Source: Alphaproteobacteria bacterium
GTDB taxonomy: Bacteria > Pseudomonadota > Alphaproteobacteria > UBA828
Reading direction: 5' to 3'
Length of the DNA: 64,000 nucleotides
Assembly (NCBI GenBank): GCA_965220745.1
Contig: CBDCQT010000010.1
Coordinates: 64,001 to 128,000 of the forward strand
Shown here: positions 58,201 through 64,000 of the stretch, in pieces
How positions within the stretch are numbered: position 1 is the stretch's first letter
Layout: each line of letters starts with the position of its first letter
The notes under the pieces: generated by a model
What the model was told of the DNA's origin: nothing
Seen by the model: only the letters and a program-made list of their open reading frames with translations
Databases searched by the model: none
Program-made: the position numbers and the translations under genes

Positions 58201-58654
58201 TTGCCAGCGCGAGCGCTGCTGCAGGCTCCACAGGCAGCGCGTCGGTCGCGGGCACCGTGGGCACGCCGGCCTGGGCCGCGATGGCGCGCGCGGAGACCTT
58301 GTCGCCGAGCAGGCGCAGCGTCTCCGGCCGGGGGCCGATGAAGGCGATCTCCGCCTCGGCGCAGGCCTCCGCGAACTCGGGCGATTCGGAGAGGAAGCCG
58401 TAGCCGGGGTGGATGGCATCGCTGCGGGTCTCGACCGCGACGCGGATGATGTCGTCCACCGCCAGGTAGGCGGTGACGGGGCCGCGATTTTCGCCGATGC
58501 GGTACGATTGGTCGGCCTTGAAGCGGTGGAGCGAGAGGTGGTCTTCCTCTGCGTAGACCGCGACCGTGGCCTTGCCCATCTCGTAGGCGGCGCGCAGGAC
58601 GCGAATGGCGATCTCGCCCCGGTTCGCCACCAGCACTCGTTCGAAGCCGCTCAT
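55202..58654 (-). CDS. pyc: Pyruvate carboxylase
   Basis: 'VANRGEIAIR' BC domain, 'RDAHQSLLATR', 'WGGATFDV' CT domain, biotin site 'EAMKME'. Confidence 0.97.
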   Translation of the reverse strand: MSGFERVLVANRGEIAIRVLRAAYEMGKATVAVYAEEDHLSLHRFKADQSYRIGENRGPVTAYLAVDDIIRVAVETRSDAIHPGYGFLSESPEFAEACAEAEIAFIGPRPETLRLLGDKVSARAIAAQAGVPTVPATDALPVEPAAALALARDVGFPGILKASWGGGGRGMRTVEAEDEFEAALLAARREADAAFGKDDVYFERFIRRARHLEVQILADGHGRIVHLFERDCSVQRRNQKIVECAPAPGLTAAQRDELTGHALAIARTADYLNAGTVEFLHDLDTNGFHFIEVNPRIQVEHTVTEQVTGVDLVRAQIRVAEGGAIGEEPDDACPPQDEIALRGHAVQCRITTEDPLDRFIPDYGRITAYRAATGFGIRLDGGTAYTGAVITRHYDSLLEKVTAWASSREGAIDRMRRALQEFRIRGVATNIDFLERLVGDEAFRQGQVTTRFIDDNPELLTFARPRDRASRLLRYIAETTVNGHPEVKDRPAPPAHARNPSPPPLHAKEPAAGAKAQLDAEGPEAVVAWMLAQERTLVTDTTMRDAHQSLLATRMRTYDLCQIADAYAYNLPQLFSLECWGGATFDVALRFLNECPWERLERLRTQVPNILLQMLLRASNGVGYTNYPDNVVRGFVARAADSGIDVFRIFDPLNSVENMRVAVDAVLETGRLCEAAICYTGDLHDESRSRYDIEYYRRMARELRDAGTHILGIKDMAGLVKPAAARELVHALKEETGLPVHFHTHDTSGIAAASVLTAVDAGVDAVDLAMDSLSGFTSQPCLGSVVEALRGQPRETGLDPAHVREISDYWEVVRAQYAAFETDMRAPASEVYLHEMPGGQFTNLREQARSLGLAERWHEVAEAYAEVNRMFGDIVKVTPTSKVVGDMALVMVSGGLTRADVEDLDREIAFPESVVGLFRGELGRMPGGFPEPLSSKILKGEAPIEGRPGAVLPPADLEAERARAEEETGWSLSDEDLYSWLFYPKVFTDYAARNELYGPVSALPTDVYFYGLAPRREVSVEIERGHTLVIRCLAVGETDEEGAVRVFFELNGQPRTVKVENREASASVVRRPKADPANPRHVSAPMPGVVASVAVASGRHVVAGDLLMTVEAMKMETALHAERDGTVAALHVAAGQSVEAKDLLLEYAEA

Positions 58655-58705
58655 CGATCCGCTCGCTCACCCGACCGCCGGGTGCGGGCGTTCTACACGG
58701 ATGTC

Positions 58706-59884
58706 CTAGTCTGTGGAAGACGGTGGCGCGGGCACACCGTTGGCAACGCCCATCTCGCGCAGCACGGCTCCCGTCGCCTCGACGAAGCGGGTCATGGTGT
58801 CGGCGCGGAAGGCGCCGATGCAGCCGACGCGAAAACTCTCCACCCGCGCGAGCTTGCCGGGATAGATCACGAAACCCCGTGCCGCGAGCCGGTCGTAGAA
58901 CGTCTGGAATTGCCAGGCGGGATCGGCGGGCGCCCGGAAGGTCACGATGATCGGCGCCTGCACGGCGTCCTCCAGCAGCGTCTCGAAGCCGAGGCCGCGC
59001 ATGCCGTCCACCAGGGTACGGCAGGTCTCCCAATAGCGGGCGAAGCGGCCGGCGACGCCGCCCTCGTCATCGAGCGCATCGAGCGCCCGGTCGAGCGCGG
59101 CGAGGACATGGGTGGGCGGCGTGAAGCGCCACTGGCCGTTGGCCTGCAGACCCGCCCACTGGGCGTGGAGGTCGAGGCTCACGGCATGGGCGTTCTCGGC
59201 GCAACCCGCGAGGTGGTCGGCGCGCACGATGACGAAGCCGACGCCGGGCACCCCTTCGAGGCACTTGTTGGCGGAGGCGGCGAGGCTCGCGACCGGGAGG
59301 CGCGCGAGGTCGATGGGGATGCCGCCGAAGGAGCTCATGGCGTCCACGTGCAGGCGGCGCCCGGCGCCGCTCACGGCATCGGCGAGCTCGGAGAGCGGGT
59401 TGAGGATGCCGGTGGTGGTTTCGCAGTGGACCAGCGCGACATCGGTGACGGCGGGCTCGGCCTCAAGCCGCTCGGCCAGCGCCGCCGCCCTCCTGGGCGG
59501 CTCGGTCTCGCCGGTCTCCAGCACGCTGTGGGCGCGGCCCGCGCGGCGGCAGATCTCCGCCATGCGCCGGCCGTAGGCGCCGTTGACGAGGATCAGCAGA
59601 TGGCCGTCGCGCGGCACCAGGGTGCCGAGCTGGGCTTCCACCGCGAAGGTGCCACTGCCCTGCATCGGCACGCAGGTGAAGGCCTCGCCCGCGTTGGCGA
59701 GCGCGAGCAGGCGCCGACGCACGCGCGCCGTGAGAGCGATGAACGCGGGGTCGCGCGAGCCCCAGTCGCGGTCCATGGCCGCGCGGGTCTCGGGCCGGGT
59801 GGTGAGCGGGCCGGGGGTGAGGAGGACGGACTCGGCGCCTACGCCGGCTCCGCGGTCAGCGGGCGGCGGCGCGGCTGAGGGCAT
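58706..59884 (-). CDS. phnW: 2-aminoethylphosphonate-pyruvate transaminase
   Basis: 'LLTPGPLTT', 'DWGSRD', 'HCETTTG', 'SANKCLEGVPG', 'WRFTPPTH', 'FVIYPGKL'. Confidence 0.9.
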   Translation of the reverse strand: MPSAAPPPADRGAGVGAESVLLTPGPLTTRPETRAAMDRDWGSRDPAFIALTARVRRRLLALANAGEAFTCVPMQGSGTFAVEAQLGTLVPRDGHLLILVNGAYGRRMAEICRRAGRAHSVLETGETEPPRRAAALAERLEAEPAVTDVALVHCETTTGILNPLSELADAVSGAGRRLHVDAMSSFGGIPIDLARLPVASLAASANKCLEGVPGVGFVIVRADHLAGCAENAHAVSLDLHAQWAGLQANGQWRFTPPTHVLAALDRALDALDDEGGVAGRFARYWETCRTLVDGMRGLGFETLLEDAVQAPIIVTFRAPADPAWQFQTFYDRLAARGFVIYPGKLARVESFRVGCIGAFRADTMTRFVEATGAVLREMGVANGVPAPPSSTD

Positions 59885-61523
59885 CCAGGGCCTCGGGCGT
59901 GTCCACGTCGATGGTCACGGAGTGATCGGGGCTCTCGACCTCGTACACCGCGTCCGCGTGGTCGCCGATCAGGTGGCGCGCGCCAACATCGCCGGAGAGG
60001 TTGCGGATCTCGCCGAAGAAGCGCGCCGCCCACAACACGGGATTGCCGCGCTTGCCGCGATAGGTGGGGACGCCGATGGCGCGGCCTTCCAGCGGGTTGA
60101 AGCCCGCGATCAGGCGGTCGATCAGGTCCGCCGAGGTGCGCGGCATGTCGCCGAGGCAGACCACGGCGCCGTCGATTTCCGGGGCTCGCGCTGGGTCGAG
60201 CGCGTCGACGCCGCACTGGAGCGAGCTGCTCATGCCCTCGGCGTAGTCGGGATTGTGGGCGAAGGTCACGTCGAGCCCGGCGAGCGCCGCCTGCACGCGC
60301 TCCGCCTCGTGGCCGGTCACGACAACCACCGGCGCGGCCCTGGAGGCGAGAGCGGCCGCAGCGACGCGGCGCACCATCGGCTCGCCATCGACCTCGATCA
60401 GGAGCTTGTTGAGCGCGCCCATGCGCCGCGACTGCCCGGCCGCGAGCACCACCGCCGCGATGCGTGGCGGCGCCGCGGGGGCCACCGCCTCATCCTTGCG
60501 ATCCGCGCTCCTGGGCGAGGCGCGGTTGCGGGGCAAGGGCCGGCTCGGGATCTCCATCAGCAGGCCGCCCGCCCCCATGCGCATGATATCGGAGGCGGTA
60601 ACCTCGACGCCCGCGAAGATGCGCTGCAGCACCCAGTCGAAGCCGTTGAGCTTGAGCGAGCGGGCGCAGCCGGGCAGCCCGAGCACCCGCGTCTCGCCGA
60701 GGCGGGCGAGGAGGAGGAGATTGCCGGGATCGACGGGCATGCCGAAATGGTCGATGGCGCCGCCGGCTTCCACGACCGCTGCCGGCACCACGTCGCGCCG
60801 GTCGACGATGGCGGACGCGCCCGCGATGAGGATGATGTCGCATCCTTTCCCGTGAAGCTGACCCACCGCCTCCGCCACCTCGACGCGGCTGTGGGCGCAG
60901 CGGACCTCGGCGGCGAGCGCGCCGTCGAGCTGGGCGAGGCGCGTGGCGACCGCGCCCGTGGTGGAATCGAGCACGCTCTCCCGCGTCCCCGGCAGGCGGG
61001 TCTGGATCAGCCCGACCGTGCGCGCCTTGAGGGGCGCGAGGCCCAGCATCGGCCCGCCGTCCGCCGCGATCTCGATGCAGCGATCGACCACCGCGCGCGA
61101 GGCCGCGAAGGGGATGACCTTGACGGTCGCCACCATCTGGCCCGCCTCGACCAGGGCGTGTGGGGCGACGGTGCCGAGGGTCATGGCCTCGTCGAGGAGA
61201 TTGAGCCGGTCCACCCGCGCATCGTCGATCACGGCGAGGCCGTGGCCTTCGGCGAAGATGTTGCAGCGTCCGGTGAAGGCGTCGCCCAGCGTGAGCCCCG
61301 GCCCGGCGACCGCACGCGCGACGGCTTGCGCCGCCTCGTCCTCGCCCACGTCGTCGGGCTCCAGCCGGGCGCCGGAGACGGTCTCGATTTTCGCTGCCAG
61401 CAGCACCCGGACGTCATCGGCGGAGAGCACGCGCCCCTTCTTGAAGGCGCCGCCTGGCAGACGCACGCTGTGAGCGAGGATCAGCCCTTCGGCCTTTGCG
61501 ACCGGCACGTCGCCGAAGATCAT
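59856..61523 (-). CDS. Molybdopterin-binding domain / MocA-like nucleotidyltransferase fusion
   Basis: MoeA-like N-terminal part ('GMPVDPGNL', 'GLPGCARS') plus 'LAAGQSRRMG', 'CLGDMP', 'GNPVLW', 'GDVGAR'; start MIFGDV. Confidence 0.88.
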   Translation of the reverse strand: MIFGDVPVAKAEGLILAHSVRLPGGAFKKGRVLSADDVRVLLAAKIETVSGARLEPDDVGEDEAAQAVARAVAGPGLTLGDAFTGRCNIFAEGHGLAVIDDARVDRLNLLDEAMTLGTVAPHALVEAGQMVATVKVIPFAASRAVVDRCIEIAADGGPMLGLAPLKARTVGLIQTRLPGTRESVLDSTTGAVATRLAQLDGALAAEVRCAHSRVEVAEAVGQLHGKGCDIILIAGASAIVDRRDVVPAAVVEAGGAIDHFGMPVDPGNLLLLARLGETRVLGLPGCARSLKLNGFDWVLQRIFAGVEVTASDIMRMGAGGLLMEIPSRPLPRNRASPRSADRKDEAVAPAAPPRIAAVVLAAGQSRRMGALNKLLIEVDGEPMVRRVAAAALASRAAPVVVVTGHEAERVQAALAGLDVTFAHNPDYAEGMSSSLQCGVDALDPARAPEIDGAVVCLGDMPRTSADLIDRLIAGFNPLEGRAIGVPTYRGKRGNPVLWAARFFGEIRNLSGDVGARHLIGDHADAVYEVESPDHSVTIDVDTPEALDALSRAAAR

Positions 61524-61533
61524 GGGGCGACGG

Positions 61534-62244
61534 TCACTTGGCGTTGCCTCCGCGCGGCTGGCGGCGCACCTGCGTGACCTCGGCCATGATGGAGACCGCG
61601 ATCTCGGCCGGCGAGCGCGCGCCGATGGCAAGGCCGATGGGCGCGTGGATGCGCCCGAGCTCGTCGTCGGAGAAGCCCTTCTCGCGCAGGCGCTCCAGCC
61701 GCTTGCCGTGGGTCCGCCGGCTGCCCAGCGCGCCGATGTAGAAGACCGGCGCGCGCACCGCGACCTCCAGCGCCGGGTCGTCGATCTTGGGGTCGTGGGT
61801 AAGCGTCACCACGGCGGTGCGGTGATCGGGCACGAGCCGGTTCAGCGCGTCGTCGGGCCACTCGGTCGAGACCTCGATGGCGGGGAAGCGCGCGGCATCG
61901 GCGAAGGCGCGGCGCGGATCGCAGACGATCACGGAGTAGCCAGCGGCCTCGGCCATGCCTGCCAAGGCCTGCGTGATGTGGACCGCGCCGACGATGACCA
62001 TGCGGGCCGGCGGGTTGTGGACGTGGACGAACCAGGTCTCGCCGCCGACCTCCACCTGCTGGCTCTTGTCGGCACGGAGCGCGGCGCGGGCTTCGTCTGC
62101 CACCGCATCGGGCAGCGCATCGCCCGCCGTCTCGCCATCGGCGTAGACCAGCGCCTGCGCACCATTGGTGAGCGCCGTGACCAGGGCGACCGCGCGGTCC
62201 GCGGCGCGATCGCCGTTCAGCTGGTCGAGGATCGTGCGTTGCAT
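61534..62244 (-). CDS. XdhC/CoxF C-terminal (Rossmann) domain protein
   Basis: 'IVGAVHI', 'LTHDPKIDD', 'YIGALGSRR', 'HAPIGLAIGARSPAEIA'. Confidence 0.9.
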   Translation of the reverse strand: MQRTILDQLNGDRAADRAVALVTALTNGAQALVYADGETAGDALPDAVADEARAALRADKSQQVEVGGETWFVHVHNPPARMVIVGAVHITQALAGMAEAAGYSVIVCDPRRAFADAARFPAIEVSTEWPDDALNRLVPDHRTAVVTLTHDPKIDDPALEVAVRAPVFYIGALGSRRTHGKRLERLREKGFSDDELGRIHAPIGLAIGARSPAEIAVSIMAEVTQVRRQPRGGNAK

Positions 62245-62254
62245 CGCTGCCCGC

Positions 62255-62587
62255 TCACTCGACCTTCTCGACCAGCACGCGAACGGTGCCGCCGCAAGCC
62301 AGGCCCACTTCCCACGCCTGCTCGTTGGAGACGCCGAATTCGAGCACGCTGGGCGCGCCCGAACCCATGACCTTGCGCGCCTCCTCGATTACCGCGCCCT
62401 CGATGCAGCCGCCGGAGACGGAGCCTTCAAAATGGCCGTCGCCGTCGGCGACGAGCTGGCTGCCGACCGGGCGGGGCGAGGAGCCCCAGGTGGCGATGAC
62501 GGTGGCGAGCGCCACCTGCTTGCCCTCGTCGCGCCAGCGGGCGGCGGTGCCCAGAATGTCTTCCTGTGCGGCCTGCTGCGAACTCAT
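62255..62587 (-). CDS. XdhC/CoxI N-terminal domain protein
   Basis: 'ATVIATWGSSPRPVG', 'GSVSGGCIE', 'VGLACGG'. Confidence 0.9.
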   Translation of the reverse strand: MSSQQAAQEDILGTAARWRDEGKQVALATVIATWGSSPRPVGSQLVADGDGHFEGSVSGGCIEGAVIEEARKVMGSGAPSVLEFGVSNEQAWEVGLACGGTVRVLVEKVE

Positions 62588-62635
62588 CGCTGCTCTCCCC
62601 TGCTGCGCCGATTACGGGCGGCGGGCGCCTGCGCC

Positions 62636-63562
62636 TCACTCCGCGACGGCGGTCATCCCGGTGCCGACATCCGCAAGGATACGCTGCGTCTCGCCGCCGC
62701 GCGCCTTGTCGATATCGTCCTGGTACTTCAGGAGGACGCCGAGGGTCTGATCGACGATCGCGGGATCGAGACTCTCCTGCGCGAGCGTGGAGAGCGCGCG
62801 CAGCCAGTCGATGCTCTCGGCGACGCCCGGCGCCTTGAAGAAATCGACCTCGCGGAGCTGCTGCACGAAGGCCACCACCTCGTGGGTCAGGCGCGGGTCG
62901 GCATCGGGCACGCGCACGCGCAGGATCTCGCGCTCGCGCTGGGCATCCGGGTAGTCGATCCAGTGATAGAGGCAGCGCCGCTTGAGCGCGTCGTGAATCT
63001 CGCGGGTGCGGTTGGAGGTGATGAGCACGATGGGGGGCTCTGCCGCGCGGATGGTGCCGATCTCCGGGATCGTGATCTGGTAGTCGGCGAGCACCTCCAG
63101 CAGGAAGGCCTCGAAGGGCTCGTCGGCGCGGTCGAGCTCGTCGATCAGCAGCACCGGCGGGCCTGCATCGTGCGGGCGGAGCGCCTCCAACAGCGGCCGG
63201 CTGATGAGGAAGCGCTCGGAGAAGATATCGCCGGCGAGGGTCTGGCGGTCGCGGTCGCCCATCGCCTCCGACAGGCGAATTTCGATCATCTGCCGCGCGT
63301 AGTTCCATTCGTAGACGGCGGACGAGACGTCGAGCCCCTCGTAGCACTGGAGGCGCAGGAGCGAGCGCCCGAGGCGCTCGGCCAGCACGGCAGCCAGCGC
63401 GGTCTTGCCGACGCCGGCCTCGCCCTCCAGGAACAGCGGGCGGCTCAGGCGGAACGCGATGAACAGGCTGGTCGCCAGGTTGCGATCCGCCACGTAGTCG
63501 CCGCCGGAGAGCAGCGCGAGCGTCTCGTCGACGGAGTCGGGGATCGCCACGCCGTCACTCAT
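62636..63562 (-). CDS. MoxR-family AAA+ ATPase (CoxD-like)
   Basis: 'LEGEAGVGKT', 'LQCYEGLD', 'LIDELDRAD', 'HDALKRRC'. Confidence 0.9.
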   Translation of the reverse strand: MSDGVAIPDSVDETLALLSGGDYVADRNLATSLFIAFRLSRPLFLEGEAGVGKTALAAVLAERLGRSLLRLQCYEGLDVSSAVYEWNYARQMIEIRLSEAMGDRDRQTLAGDIFSERFLISRPLLEALRPHDAGPPVLLIDELDRADEPFEAFLLEVLADYQITIPEIGTIRAAEPPIVLITSNRTREIHDALKRRCLYHWIDYPDAQREREILRVRVPDADPRLTHEVVAFVQQLREVDFFKAPGVAESIDWLRALSTLAQESLDPAIVDQTLGVLLKYQDDIDKARGGETQRILADVGTGMTAVAE

Positions 63563-64000
63563 TCTGGGAACTTTCCTCGGAAAGACGCTCGATCAGATCG
63601 GCGATCGCCTCCGGCTTGTCAAGGCGAAAGGCCGGCCGGCGGCCGTCTTCGGCCAGCACCCGCAGCCCTGCGTCGGCCTCGCCTTCGGGGCCAGGCTCGA
63701 CCGTGAGCCGGGGAGTGGCGTGATCCTCGAAACCGAGCGCCAGCACCACGTCCGCATCGTCTGCGAGTGCCGCGAGGGCGGCGGCGCGCGGGGGTGCCGG
63801 CGGGTCGTTGCGGTGCACGCGGGCCCAGCGCCGGCCCGAGACCACGACCACATCGCGGGCGCCGGCGGCGGCGTGCTCGTAGCTGTCCTTGCCCGGCTCG
63901 TCGATGGCGAGCGGGCCGGGGCTCGCCGCGATCACGGCGACGCTGCGGCCGCGGGCCGCTAGAGTCTCGATCAGCTGCGTCGCCATCGCGTCCCGCTGCT
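63555..64000 (-). CDS. MobB-like molybdopterin-guanine dinucleotide biosynthesis protein (5' end probably beyond window)
   Basis: 'LIETLAARGRSVAVI...IDEPGKDSYEHAAAGA..VVVVS', 'DVVLALGF'; degenerate relative to canonical MobB. Confidence 0.65.
   Translation of the reverse strand, partial: QRDAMATQLIETLAARGRSVAVIAASPGPLAIDEPGKDSYEHAAAGARDVVVVSGRRWARVHRNDPPAPPRAAALAALADDADVVLALGFEDHATPRLTVEPGPEGEADAGLRVLAEDGRRPAFRLDKPEAIADLIERLSEESSQNE

Noticed and set aside
56153-59878. Long antisense ORFs (e.g. 56153-59878 +, 44315-46675 -, 28802-30847 +, 13461-15440 +)
   Set aside because: Shadow frames of well-supported genes, expected in high-GC DNA; no recognisable motifs.

Overview
This is a GC-rich bacterial chromosomal segment. 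Gene content and palindromic repeats suggest an alphaproteobacterium (inference). Most of it is metabolic: a Liv-type ABC transporter, tRNA-Leu(TAA), two hydantoinase/oxoprolinase A+B pairs, a GlnA-like ligase, a fused CydDC-like exporter, acoAB-like and fused E1 dehydrogenases, cofC+fbiC (F420/FO synthesis), Dps, a peptide-type ABC operon, pyc, phnW and Moco/Cox maturation genes. Accessory content comprises three toxin-antitoxin loci and an AT-rich solo OLD-family ATPase-TOPRIM gene. The most striking feature is a set of Mu-like phage genes split into separate blocks among host genes. Block 1 (32.5-37.2 kb) has a lysis cassette, an S24 repressor, and cro-, gam-, gemA- and mor-like genes, with no transposase. 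Block 2 (51.9-54.7 kb) has a terminase and a portal. The blocks share one strictly spaced element, found four times: a 16-bp dyad CCGSACCWTGGTSCGR, N23, a -10-like hexamer, N6, then ATG. This is the geometry of a Mor/C-activated promoter on a leaderless transcript. It suggests a domesticated, distributed Mu-derived regulon, possibly gene-transfer-agent-like, rather than an ordinary intact prophage. All annotations come from motif recognition by eye; no database searches were run.
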